The notes under the pieces were generated by a model, which was not told the origin of the DNA, did no database searches, and saw only the letters and a program-made list of their open reading frames with translations. The translations under genes were made by a program, and so were the position numbers. A stretch of DNA of 63,152 bases, counting the filler, from Chiloscyllium plagiosum (lineage: Eukaryota): the NCBI RefSeq assembly GCF_004010195.1. It is 10 parts of 10 records of this genome, joined end to end, with 100 filler letters (N's around TTAATTAATTAA, not from the genome) between each part and the next. Parts side by side here need not be neighbours in the genome. Positions count along the whole stretch, not along the records: positions 12,792 to 25,257 come from NW_025207069.1; positions 25,358 to 27,587 come from NW_025215231.1; positions 27,688 to 31,596 come from NW_025193363.1; positions 31,697 to 40,283 come from NW_025211254.1; 6 more parts are not named here. The stretch is one strand, 5' to 3'. Shown piece by piece: positions 24,341 to 36,599 of the stretch (position 1 is the first letter of the stretch; every line of letters starts with the position of its first letter).

Positions 24341-24650
24341 TTTTATCTCAATATCTCATTAACAAATCTCTTATCACTCACAGATCAGGAGAACTTTATC
24401 CGAGAACATTGGAGCAGACTATGATCAAAGTGCTTCAGGAAGGAGTGACTTTGGCTGTCTGTGTGGAAGATTCTAGATTACATTTCAAACCTTGCTGCCC
24501 AGTACTGGGCTGAGGTCAAGTGTGAGGCTGCAATGAGTCTCAGTGTCCAAGGGTCAGACAGGGTCACTGCTCCTAATGACCCCATGGCCCTTGGAAGGTG
24601 AAAGTGCTCTGACAATGGGCGAGGGTCAGGATCTGGAGACTGCAACCTCA

Positions 24651-24887
24651 AAGAAAGACATGGACTTGTGTAGCGCCTGTCCCCACCTCAGATTGTATAC
24701 AGCAAGATCCCAGCATGCAGTCTGATAATGAGCAGAGAATCAGATTCTTACTGATGTTGGTTGGGAGATAAATATTTACCAGGACACCATGGGGATCTGC
24801 CCTAATAGTGCCATGGCATCTGAGAGGTTTGGATTTTCAATGCCCCCTGAGGGGGCAGACATCTGAACATCCCATCTGAAAGATAGT
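24651..24887 (-). mobile_element. DeuSINE-type (SacSINE1/AmnSINE1-like) element
   Basis: Minus strand carries CATGGCACTATT, GGTGTCCTGG-AAATATTTATC-CCAACCAACATCA and a GGCGCTAC...TCTTTCTT end; paralog at ~35469-35715. Confidence 0.65.
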
Positions 24888-25257
24888 CCCTCAGTACTGA
24901 ACTGTCTGACAGTGCTGCACTCCCTCAGTACTGAACCCTCTGACAGTGCTGCACTGCCTCAGTACTGACCCTTTGACAGTGCTGCACTGCCTCAGTACTG
25001 ACCCTCTGACAGTGCTGCACTGCCTCAGTACTGACCCACTGACAGTGCTGCACTCCCTCAGTACTGAACCCTCTGACAATGCTGCACTGCCTCAGTACTG
25101 ACCCTCTGACAGTGCTGCACTGCCTCAGTACTGACCCTCTGACAGTGCTGCACTGCCTCAGTATTGAACTGTCTGACAGTGCTGCACTGCCTCAGTACTG
25201 AACACTCTGACAGTGCTGCACTGACTCAGTACTGACCCTCTGACAGTGCTGCACTCC
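24888..25257 (+). repeat. 33/34-bp minisatellite, 11 copies, running into the contig end
   Basis: SCCTCAGTACTGACCCTCTGACAGTGCTGCACT units at 24888, 24922, 24956, 24989, 25022, 25055, 25089, 25122, 25155, 25189 and 25223. Confidence 0.97.
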
Positions 25258-26384
25258 NNNNNNNNNNNNNNNNNNNNNNNNNNNNNNNNNNNNNNNNNNN
25301 NTTAATTAATTAANNNNNNNNNNNNNNNNNNNNNNNNNNNNNNNNNNNNNNNNNNNNCACATTTGATGAACTGGGATAAACGTGATCTCATTGAGCTTCT
25401 TTAACATGCTCTCTGTAATTAGTGGATGAGGCAGGAGAATAAATTCTGGTGGGAATGCTACAATAGAGATGAATGAACGAGGAACTCGAGACAGGCTGAT
25501 TTAGCCTGGTTTGGGGTGGCGATGTTTACACAGTGAGTAGTGGATGTCTATAAAATTAGTGTACATTTCCATCGCATTTGTAGATTAATTTAAGATGCTT
25601 TTGTTTTTTTTTCTCCCCTGCTCTATGAAAAAATTAAAAACTGCAGCTTGGTAAATAAAGTGGAAGTACAGACCAGTTATGAACTAACTGAATAGAGGGA
25701 AAGACTTAAGGAGATGGGTGTCCTTCTCGATATCCAATGCTGTACTCAATGTCTTTTTTTCAGATCTACTCCAAACACAGCCCATGAGGAACAATAACAT
25801 AATTTAGACAATGACATCACACCAATAACGCAAAGTATTTTTGATCACGTTAGATATAATGAACAGAATTTCCATGGCTGTTCACCGCTCCTGTAACACT
25901 TTAGAACGCTGCAAAGAGAATAATTATTATTTATTATAATTTGTCCAAAATTTGGGATGTGATTTGGCTGTCAGCGTGACCAGCAGCACTTGCACCTAAG
26001 GGTTATGAACATGTAAATGAACTCATTATATTCAGATTACTCTTGTCACAAGTATCAATAGATGGTCTTAAGTGAGAGACAAACTCCGAAAGAAAGGTAA
26101 TTCCATGGGTTACATGATGGTATCTTCGATGATTCTACTTTTTTCACAGGTTTCACTTGTTACAAAGCCAGTGTTCTTTCGGAATAATTACACAGGGTAT
26201 GTTATAGGTAATCACAAATGCTTTCACAGATCAAAATACATCAACAATAGTAAGCATCGTTTCAGCAATAGTTGGAGTTGCCATTTTGAAGGTGGTGTCT
26301 TCACCCTGTGAAGGAGTAATCTGAAGATTAGCTGTTTGTATCAGAAAGGGGCATTTTTCATTGACTTTGATTTTTGTTTCATAG

Positions 26385-26695
26385 AAGATACCAAATGTGC
26401 CACCGTAACACCGTTAAAGTCCTCCCACCGCCAGTAGAACAAGTCTTACTGGAGACGACGGTGACGTTAACCTGCGTTGTGTCCAATCTTCCTTCTGGAG
26501 TTAACGTTACCTGGATGCAAGAAAAGAAGCCTCTGAAATCAGAGATTGCTGAGCAGCCTGGACAGAATCCCGACAGCGTGATCAGCAAATTAGACATTTC
26601 TACTGAAGCCTGGCTGAGTGGCGTTACTTTTGAATGTGTGGTGTACCATCAGAATCTACCGACTCCACTGAGAGATTCCATCCACAAGGAGACAG
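26385..26695 (+). pseudogene. IGHM: IgM Cmu3 exon with an apparent 2-nt insertion near the 5' end
   Basis: [25 protein letters not shown]...[27 protein letters not shown]; donor G|GTGAG. Both nearby acceptors (26384, 26387) read in phase 1 are out of frame because of AAA TG TGC at 26393-26400. Confidence 0.8.
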
Positions 26696-27144
26696 GTGAG
26701 CGGTGAGATTAAAGCACGAAGCATCCCATGTGTAATCCAGATCCAGTTACATCAATGTCAGGCTTTGATTGGTAATGAACAAACACTGTTGGGAGCATTA
26801 ATGATGCATCTGAAGGCAGGATAGCTAAGTCGCTGATTCAGAAAAAGATAGACCAAAGGATATTCTATTCTGATTAAGTCAGATAAGGTGGGAAGAAGCC
26901 TGGGTTGTGACGTCACCATCAGCAATGACAGGTGGGCAGAATGCCCTTGTTGTGGGCTGGAAACATGGAGGCAACTTTCACATTAAACTTTACTCTTTTT
27001 ACTGAACAGAATGTGTATCTTACTGCTCCTTTAGAAAACGAAAGTGAATAAATACCAAATTTAAAATGGTGTATATTTAGTGAAATTGTGATATTGATTC
27101 AGGACTTTTTTGGTTGATTTATATTTGTCTCAAATATTCTGCTG

Positions 27145-27536
27145 TGATTAATCCGCTGGAGCTATCAGTGTCGGTCCTCCTGCCACCAACAGAAGAAATC
27201 TCCGCTCAGAGGTTTCTCTCCCTCACCTGTTTAGTGAGAGGATTCTCCCCCCGAGAGATCTTCGTCAAGTGGACAAACAATGACAAGCCAGTTAATCCCA
27301 GTAACTACAAGAACACCGAGGTGATGGCGGAGAGTGACAACACCTCCTTCTTCATCTACAGCCTGTTATCCATTACAGCGGAGGAGTGGGCCAGCGGTGC
27401 TTCTTACTCCTGTGTGGTGGGACATGAAGCGATTCCATTGAAGATCATCAACAGAACAGTCGATAAATCCAGCGGTAAACCGAGTTTTGTAAACATTTCA
27501 CTTGCACTGATGGACACAGTTAATTCATGTCAATAA
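27145..27536 (+). pseudogene. IGHM: IgM Cmu4 plus secretory tailpiece, acceptor mutated
   Basis: Open frame [14 protein letters not shown]...[23 protein letters not shown]; acceptor reads TTCTGCTG (27143-27144) versus TTCTGCAG in the 31569 copy; internal TM donor G|GTAAAC at 27474/27475; AATAAA at 27532 and 27573. Confidence 0.85.
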
Positions 27537-28192
27537 AAATCTCAAAGTTGCATTTAATAATTCAACAAAAGTAATAAAGTTTTTTTTNNNNNNNNNNNNN
27601 NNNNNNNNNNNNNNNNNNNNNNNNNNNNNNNTTAATTAATTAANNNNNNNNNNNNNNNNNNNNNNNNNNNNNNNNNNNNNNNNNNNNGATGTGGGAAAAT
27701 GTATTATTACTGACTGGCCTTAAAGAATTAATCAAACTCAAGGTTAGTGCATTCTAGATTTATTAACCATTTCAGAAAGCATTTTTATCCAAAAGGCTGA
27801 TGTTAAAGCTAACAGAAGTGAATATAATGGCTGGATGCCACATTGAGACGAGAACACATGCGCTGTGAGGTGAGAATTTACTGTACATCAGTAACAGTCA
27901 CAAGATAGGGAACACAAATGCTCATCAGAAAGGGTAGGCAACCATTCTGACTAAGGAACAAATAAAAAAAAACAAACGGGCTTCAAACAACTGAGAAGCT
28001 ACAAATTCTTCCAACCACAACCATCTCAAAGATATCAAAGTAAAAACGAAAATCCATCAATAATTGTCTCAGTTACACGCTGATAAACTGAAGTAATCTC
28101 ACTGTTAGAGTCAGCAACAGGACAGATTGTAGATTGGGAATTTAGAGACCTTGATAAGCAGAGCAGGAAAATCAAAGGGGTCCACAATTCAT

Positions 28193-28201
28193 TCACTTAA
28201 C
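28193..28201 (-). CDS. IGHM: IgM TM2 exon coding part (VK*)
   Basis: TTTCTCTTTTCCAG|GTT AAG TGA, in phase with the TM1 donor; candidate AATAAA at 27759-27764 (minus). Confidence 0.85.
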   Translation of the reverse strand, partial: VK

Positions 28202-28340
28202 CTGGAAAAGAGAAATGAAGCAATGGCGCAGATATTTATGATCAGGGACTTACAGATTTGATGTTTATTCAATGGAACATTTAGAGATTTCACAAAACAT
28301 ATTGGGCTGTTTGTCGTGTGAAGGATGTGATTATTCTCAC

Positions 28341-28468
28341 CTTCACCAGAGTGACGGCAGCGCTGTAGAAAATACTCAGGAAGAACAAGGTGATGAACGT
28401 GGAAGCAGTTGTCCAGATGTTGCTGTTATCATCCTTATAGTCTTCAATCCAAGTACGATCTATTGAAT
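28341..28468 (-). CDS. IGHM: IgM TM1 exon (5' boundary 28468 or 28459)
   Basis: SIDRTWIEDYKDDNSNIWTTASTFITLFFLSIFYSAAVTLVK with the conserved antigen-receptor TM motif; donor AAG|GTGAGA. Confidence 0.88.
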
Positions 28469-28959
28469 GTATGAATTTAAACCTAGAGAACTTATTTAGA
28501 TTGTTTATTGATCCAGATCGATCTATCTGCATCCAAGTCATGTAATTAGAGACCATTACATCTTCATAAAGCAGTCAGGTATTTCTCAAATGTGACTCTT
28601 ATCTGTATCTATTAGTGCATTATTGATTCTCAGCAAGAAATTACAAATACTAACTGCACATATTCTTTCTTCATTGTCCATGTCAGAACATTTTAAATTA
28701 TTTTTTTCTTTTAATCTATTACTTAAGGATATTATTATTTGAGGAATGCTTATTACGAATGATTATTTTAATTAAATCATTATATTTAAATATAGGCTGC
28801 ACAGCACTTTAGTTGAAAATTGTGGCCATCACTGAATAAAAGTTCAAATGTGATTCTCATCTTTATGTATTGGTGACCAATTGCTTGACAAATCATAAAT
28901 ATAAGTGACATCACAGTCAGAATATTGCTTTACGTTTTTGTTTGTAGGCTCTGTATATT

Positions 28960-30020
28960 TAGGAATAAGTTTTTTTGTGCATGTATCCCTTAATTTATTT
29001 GATCTAAGCTTGGTGTGTTTGGTTTTCCTTTAATGTTTTTGCATGTGGTTATGAGTGTCTCTTACTTCACTCTTGCCCATGTTGGAGTCTGTGCATGAAT
29101 AAACATATTCCTGTTCCTTTACTGCTGGTGTGCTCATGTGTTTGTGCACCTAAATTTTGGTATTTTCACATTGTGTAAGCATCATCATGCTAATATGCCA
29201 CTTCGTTGCTGCCTATGCTTATCTTGTAATGTCTTTGTGAGTGTTCACTTTTCATTAGTGCTATCTAAAATGTGTGCTTATGTGTCTGTTTCAGATCCTA
29301 CCTACACTAGGTTATTTTCATGTTTATGCTTAATAAATGCCAGTATGCAATGTCATGTTTTGATGGATGTTTATATTTATATGATGATTGCTTGTGTGGA
29401 AATCTTTCCCAAACTATCACCTGATAAGCTTGTTTGTGCTATTGTTTGTGGATGCTTGCTGATGCTCGTGCCCATTATCCTTATTTAATAAACGCCCCTC
29501 CATTTGTTCATCTATGCACTTGTATGTCTGCATGTGAGACTCTGAATTTGTGTGTTCGTGTGATATTGTATACATGCTGATCAATGTGGTTTAAAAATAA
29601 CTAATTAAGCTGCTTCTGTCATCGCCTGTGTGAGTCAACATGTGGGAGGACATTTTTCGGAATTTGTATCTGTGTGTTCATGCGTGTATGTCTGTACGGA
29701 TTGTGCTGTATGAATGTATTGTACTCATGCCCATTTGTGTGTTATCGTGTGTCTATGTTTCTCATGGTTATGTGTGAGTACCCCTGTTCATTTGTGCAAA
29801 TGCTTTTCTTTTGGTGTATGTAAGTTTTTGTAAGAGCTTAGGTGAATGTTCAAGTACCACTTGCATGTGTGACACTGTGCGAGTATGCGTGTGTGATGTC
29901 TTATCTATATGCACATTTAAGTGTGCATATAAATATGTCTTTAGGTGAGAGCCTATATATGTGTCTTTGCATGTGTATTTGTGATCATCTCTCTGTGTCT
30001 GTGTGTGTTTCTGCTCTTTT
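28960..30020. repeat. Degenerate TG-rich low-complexity tract in the Cmu4-TM1 intron
   Basis: Dense TGTG/ATGT motifs with no stable period. Confidence 0.6.
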
Positions 30021-31178
30021 ACCAGACTGCAATTTTTATTATTCTAATTTATTGTTCTAATTTTAATGGATTGCCTACAATTAGATCTGACCTTGGTGTT
30101 GTAGGAAACATTTCCCATCGTTGTGGAGAGATAACGTTTGAAGAGCAACTCTTCTGTTGCAATGATTGAATTTCTGTCTCTAAGACAAAAGGCCTGAGTT
30201 CAAATCACCACTGCCCCAGAGATAACATTTCCGAATATGTTTATCAGAAAATGTCTACTTGTGTTCTGTATGTGAAACAAAATGATATCAGGTGCTCGAA
30301 TACCAGAATTGACCCATGTGCTCCAGAAAACTGAGACAAAACTATGGAATTCAAACCGGGACGATGCAAACACCTGTTTTAGATTATTGGAGTCAATGTT
30401 AATCATTTATTAACAGGTCCAAGCTTGTCCAACATGTTTCAAAGGTATTATTTGGCCTGGAAATTTTAATTCTTCGGACAGTAAGCAAGAAGCTGACTGT
30501 TCCTGTTAGCAACTGGGTTACATTACAGAGGACATCTCCCTTGAAAACTCTGCACAGGGAGCAAGAGGACAGACCATTCATTGTTCCCCTCCCCTCTGCT
30601 CCACAACAACTTATCTATCGATTCTCTTTGGTGTGAAAGTGAAGATACGTTCTGTCAACCCATGCGCTGGCGCAAGATCCCTGGCAGTTCCCGAGAAACA
30701 AAGGTTACATTTAAACTGCTCTGCACTCTTTACGATTGGTATGTTCCAATCAAATTTAATTTTAAAGTGTCTTAAATTTACATTTTAAATTGGTGCAATG
30801 TGGCAGTTTAAAACGGACATGAATTTTGTAAGAATGTCCAATCGGGGGAATCAAGAGCACCAAGTTCAAAACTCGTGCCCTACCCTTGACATAAGATGGA
30901 CATTGTCAGATTTTATCACAGAGGGATTTAGGATGGATAAGGTATTTGGCGGCATCCTGCAATGAGTGAGCTTTACTCTGTCTCTGACCCAGGGTGTATC
31001 TGAGCAGAGAACATTAACTGCACAAGACACTCGTCCTAGACCTGTAATAATCCACTTTAACTACACAGATAGAATGTAAGTCAGAGTGGGAAACAATTAA
31101 TTCAGTATTTAACTCACAACTGGAGGAAAAAAATCCTTTATTACTTCTGTTGAATTATTAAATGCAATTTTGAGATTT

Positions 31179-31569
31179 TTATTGACATGAATTAACAGTT
31201 TCCATAAGTGCAAGTGAAATGTTTACGAAACTCGGTTTACCGCTGGATTTATTGACTGTTCTGTTGATGATCTTCAATGGAATCGCTTCATGTCCCACCA
31301 CACAGGAGTAAGAAGCATCGCTGGCCCACTCCTCCGCTGTAATGGATAACAGGCTGTAGATGAAGAAGGAGGTGTTGTCTCTCTCTGCCATCGCCTCGGT
31401 GTTCTTGTAGTTACTGGGATTCACCGGCTTGTTATTGTTGTCCACTTGACGAAGATTTCTCGGGGGGAGAAACCTCTCACTAAACGGGTGAGGGAGAGAA
31501 ACCTCTGAGCGGAGATTTCTTCTGATGGTGGCAGGGGGACCGACACAGATGGCTCCAGCGGATTAATCA
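31179..31569 (-). pseudogene. IGHM: IgM Cmu4 plus secretory tailpiece, frameshifted with Cys lost
   Basis: Intact acceptor, but LTC>LTR (CGT at 31484-31486) and a 1-nt deletion near 31437 (391 nt versus 392 nt in the 27145 copy). Confidence 0.88.
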
Positions 31570-32413
31570 CTGCAGAATATTTGAGACAAATATATANNNN
31601 NNNNNNNNNNNNNNNNNNNNNNNNNNNNNNNNNNNNNNNNTTAATTAATTAANNNNNNNNNNNNNNNNNNNNNNNNNNNNNNNNNNNNNNNNNNNNCAGC
31701 ATTGCCCTTTGATGTGAAGGGCACTGCTTGTCACTGGCCACTCGGGTGTTTCCTTTCTTCCTGGTGGTGGAAACTGAATAAAGATTCGTGCACCTTGTGT
31801 CTCTCACTGTGTCTCACACCTGCAGACACACAACATAGGGGCGAAAGAAAGGAAAAGAAATAGACAGGAGTGTTGGAGGTTCTGTTCACTCTGAGAGTTG
31901 GTTCCTGGCGGGAAATAAGTCAGTGTCAGGTACATGTAAATAAATGGTGTCATGGTGATGGGAACAGAGGAAGCTGCACAAATTCACAGCCACAATGGAT
32001 CTTGAGGAAAACACTTGAGGAGATTTTCTCAATAATGTGAGAATCCTGTCCCTTTAAACAGTGACAAGACCTTAAATTGGAACTGACGGCTGAGCAGGAA
32101 GGAGATCTGGTTTACTAAAGCAGAGACTTCTGAGGTTCACATTGTTTTTGTACAGCTGACTGTCTTCAGCATCTTCGAGAGGTTTGACTTGGTATCACAA
32201 GTCAACCCTGTCCTTATCACACACTCCCAGAACAGGGACAGCATACTGTTTGACACAGCATAAAGGTCTCTCTATACTATCGCAATAACCTGTTTTCACT
32301 ACTGAACCTCAGAATTTGCCCCGAGATGGAAGAGAGTTGAAATTCAGTGCTGACAATGATCTTTGTCCTGCCAGCTCAACCCTGTGTCTCCTCTGTGGAC
32401 TGCCTCAAACACT

Positions 32414-32742
32414 CTACACACATTCTGATCTCCTGATGCTCTTGCTGAGGGGAGAGGGGAGGGTCACGTGGGTGAGGGCACAGGAGAAGCGAGCGATAGA
32501 CTCCCAGTCAGACCCAGAGAGGGTCAGCAGGCTGCTGACACTGTAGGTGCTGTCCGAAGCTCGCAGGTAGTTGCTGGTCTGAACCCCGTCCGAAATGACT
32601 GCACCATCCTTCTTCTACTGCACCCCCAGCTCATCAGGATAGAAGTGATTGGCAAGGCACACCAGGGTGGCAGTGCCCTTGGCATTGACCTGCTCCAGGG
32701 AGGGGGGCAGCAGGGTCAGCTTGGGCTGAGAGTTCTCACGGC
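32414..32742 (-). pseudogene. IGKC: Ig kappa constant exon, copy 5, nonsense mutation at the core Trp
   Basis: GTG CAG TAG AAG: TGG>TAG at 32615-32617; otherwise 329 nt with an intact acceptor. Confidence 0.9.
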
Positions 32743-35062
32743 CTGAAAGACAAGAGAAACAATTTTAATCCCTGCCAGACAAATGGATTTTGACTCTCAG
32801 CATATTCACTGGCAATAAAATCTTATTGAACATTTGTAGTCAATACAGAATAAACCAGACAAAAGAACAGACATTGTTCAAATTGCTTCTTGGGATGTGA
32901 GTGTCACTGGCAGGGCTAGCATTTATTGCCCATCCCTAATTGCCCTGAGAAGGTGATGGTGAAAGAGAAGGGACAGTTTTGGATCATTCTTTAGGGAAGG
33001 GCTATCAATGGGGGATCATTTCAGTGACAGTGATCAGAACTCAGTGAGATTGAGAGGAGGGATGGAAATGGAGAAACATGGAGCAAGTGTAAAAGTTTTC
33101 ATTGGCGAATGAACTATTTTACTAAACTGTGTGGTGATTTAGCAAAAGTGGACTGAAACCAGGGAATGATGGGAAATCAGTGTCAGGGCAGTGGAAGCCC
33201 TCGAAGGATGAGACAGAGATCGTTCAGAATCTGTTCCCACTCCCAAATCTAGACTCTCAGCCTTGGATGTCAAAAGGCAGCCAGAGTAAGGCAGACCAAA
33301 CAGGGAAGGTGATGTTTGTTATCTGGAGTTCAAACCTGCAGTAAGCTGAGAGGAGAATAGAGGATGCAGGGATGAAATTAAACAGGATCTAAGTAAAGCA
33401 AAGAGCTGACAGGATGAAGTATGTCCAAGTGAATCAGGGTAATCCCAACGAACAAGAGGATTGGGGGTCATGTCCTGACATGGATTGGGAACTGGTTGGC
33501 AGACAGGACAGAAGCGACAAGTCTGTTTCTGAAAGGCAGGTAGTTACCAGTTGTCGTACCACAGGAATCAGTCCTCGGTACCTAGTTATTCATAATATAT
33601 TATAATACAGTCATAGAGTCAGAGAGACCCAAAAGGCCCATCAGACCATTGTGTCCATATTGGTCAAAACACAACAACCTAATAATTCTCATCCATTTTT
33701 CCAGCATGAGGGAATTAGATGTGGTGTGTGTTCAAGAAGGAATTAGATTTGGTTCTTAGGATTAAATGGATTAAAGAATGTGGGGAGAAAGCAGGAACAG
33801 GGACTGTGTTGGATGATCAGCCATGATCATATTAAATGGTGGAGCAGGCTTGAGAGGCTGAATGGCCTATTCCTGCTGCGATTTTTGATGTTTCTCCCTA
33901 TTGCTCAGATAATGAAGGAATGTCTCTCATCAGTTTGAAGCTGGAAGTCACATGTGTGTGGAAGTGGAAGATGTGGCCATGGTGATTAATGAATGCGGGT
34001 CAGTAAGGTGGTTAAGAAGACACATGGGGTACTTTTAAAATTTTTTTTCCCCTGATGGAATGAGGGCATTGCTGGATTGGCAGCATTTATTGCCCATCCC
34101 TAATCACCCAGACGGCAGTTTAAAGTCAACCACATTGCTGTGGGTCTGGAGTCACATGGTAAGGATGGCAGTTTCCTTCCCTAAAGGACATTAAGGAATC
34201 AGATGGCTTTTTCCTGACAATCAACAATTGTTTCATGGTCATTATTAGACTCTTAATTGCAGATTTCTTTTATTGAATTCAAATTCCTCTATCTGCTGTG
34301 GCAGGATTCTAACCCTGGTCCCCAGAACATTAATCTGGATCTGTGGATTAACAGCACAGCAATAACACCATTAGACCATCACCTCCCTCATCTCATTTTT
34401 GTTTGAGAGTGAAATCAAAGAGTTTGTTTATTCTGGAACTGTTTGAAACCCCAGTTAGAGCACAGTGAGAGAACAGTGTCCGGTTCTGGTCACCACATTA
34501 CAGGAAGGATGTGATCCCACTTGAGATGGGGACAGAGGAGGCTGAGGCGAGATTGATCGAGATGTGTAAAATGATTAGGGGCCTGGATAGAGTGGATAGG
34601 GAGGACTGATTTCCATCAGCAGAGAGGGCAGTAACCATGGAGAGAAATTTAAATGATTTGGGGCAGGATTAGAGGGAGTTGTGGATGTTTGTTTTCACCC
34701 AGAGGCTGTTGGGTTCTGAGACTCTCTGTCTGAAAGGATGAGAGAGGCAGAAACCCTCATCACATCGAAGAAACCCTTGGATATTCACTTGAAACATCGA
34801 AACCTCCAGCGCTATGGAGCAAGAGATGGAAAGTGGGATGGAGCTCGATACATCATTAACGAAACTCCGATCACCCACAGATCAGAAGAACTTTATCCGA
34901 TAACATTGGAGCAGACATGGATCCACACACTTCAGGAAAGAGTCACATTGGGTGTCCATGTGGAAGGTTCCAGATTACATTTCAAACCTTGCTGCAGACC
35001 AATGGGCTGAGGTCAAGGGTGAGGCTACAAAGAGTCTCAGTGTCCCAGGGTCAGCCAAGAGT

Positions 35063-35380
35063 GGGCGGCACGGTGGCACAGTGGTTAGCACTGCTGCCTC
35101 GCAGTGCCAGAGACCCGGGTTCAATTCCCGACTCAGGCGACTGACTGTGTGGAGTTTGCACGTTCTCCCCGTGTCTGCGTGGGTTTCCTCCGGGTGCTCC
35201 GGTTTCCTCCCACAGTCCAAAGATGTGCAGGGTCAGGTGAATTGGCCATACTAAATTGCCCGTAGTGTTAGGTAATGGGTAAATGTAGGGGTATGGGTAG
35301 GTTTCGCTTCGGCGGGTCGGTGTGGACTTGTTGGGCCGAAGGGCCTGTTTCCACACTGTAATCTAATCTAATCTAATCTA
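35063..35380 (+). mobile_element. Full-length young HE1-like SINE
   Basis: GGGCGGCACGGTGGCACAGTGG head through (AATCT)n tail; absent at the paralogous site near 24563. Confidence 0.9.
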
Positions 35381-35468
35381 TCACTTCTCCGAATAACTCC
35401 ATGACCCCTGGAAGGTGAGAGTGTGCAGATAATGGGCGAGGGTCAGGATCAGGGGACTCCAAACTTAA

Positions 35469-35715
35469 AGAAAGACTTGCATTTGTGTAGCACCTGTCAC
35501 CAACTCAGGATGCCCCAATGGCTCTTTCCAGCAGGCTGTGCACAGCAAGATCCCAAACACATTATGATAATTAGCAGGAAAATAGATTTTTTATTGATTT
35601 TGATTGGGGGATAAATATTGACCAGGGACACCAGGGGGAACTGTCTGCTTTTCATCCAATAGTGCCATGGATTTACATCTTTCGCAACTGAAAGACTCAC
35701 AGTTCATCCGAAAAA
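35469..35715 (-). mobile_element. DeuSINE-type element (further fragment at ~36280-36455)
   Basis: Paralog of 24651-24887. Confidence 0.6.
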
Positions 35716-36599
35716 AAGGAATAGTTCCTTTAAAATGGAGTTGCAGGTAGTTTGGGGGGGGGGGGCGGTGGAGAAGGCATTTGGGATGTTTCCNNNNNNN
35801 NNNNNNNNNNNNNNNNNNNNNNNNNNNNNNNNNNNNNNNNNNNNNNNNNNNNNNNNNNNNNNNNNNNNNNNNNNNNNNNNNNNNNNNNNNNNNNNNNNNN
35901 NNNNNNNNNNNNNNNNNNNNNNNNNNNNNNNNNNNNNNNNNNNNNNNNNNNNNNNNNNNNNNNNNNNNNNNNNNNNNNNNNNNNNNNNNNNNNNNNNNNN
36001 NNNNNNNNNNNNNNNNNNNNNNNNNNNNNNNNNNNNNNNNNNNNNNNNNNNTGTATGGAATGAGCTGCCAGAGGAAGTGGTGGAGGCTGGTAGAATTACA
36101 GCAATTAAAAGGCATCTGAATGGGTATTTGAATAAGAAGAGTTTAGAGGGATATGAACCAAATGCTGGTAAATGGGACGAGATTAATTTAGGATATCTGG
36201 TCAGCATGGACAAGTTGGATCGAAGGGTCTGTTTCTGTGCTGTATGTTTCTATAACTCCAATTGAAGTTCAATCAAACCATTAACACCTGAGACTCTCCC
36301 AAAGACATTTACAGACAGCTTTGTTTGAAAACCTGTCACTGTTGCAATGTCAAGAATGTGGCAGCCAGTTTCTACACAGCAAGATCCCACTGGAAACAAT
36401 GAGATCAAAGACCACTCTTAATGATGTTGGTTCAAGGATAACTACTGCCCTGAACTTAACCCAAAGAGAAAGGAATTTGGTTCAGTTGGATGGAAAATGA
36501 GAAAATGAAAGGTAAAGGAGAAGGTAGGATTGCTGGTTTGTGATGGGATTGATTGTTATCAGTAAATAAAAGGAAGGGACGGAATTTTTGAATATCAAA

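Noticed and set aside
24888-25257. Palindromic 33-bp repeats as a CRISPR array or RSS array
   Set aside because: No unique spacers, no cas genes, vertebrate context; GACAGTG lacks the essential CAC and there is no nonamer
25750-26190. Acceptor-like sites at ~25763 and ~26149 as extra exons upstream of Cmu3
   Set aside because: Phase-1 frames stop within ~15 codons and show no Ig or tailpiece motif
26385-31569. IgNAR or IgW identity for the heavy-chain exons
   Set aside because: The domain sequences, the tail [20 protein letters not shown] and the TM exon fit shark IgM as recalled; no VNAR or IgW-type exon is seen
27145-31569. Tail-to-tail inverted IgM pair
   Set aside because: The two Cmu4 copies are on different contigs separated by a linker, so their relative orientation is unsupported
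35063-35140. tRNA genes
   Set aside because: The A/B boxes belong to SINE heads and no full cloverleaf is seen
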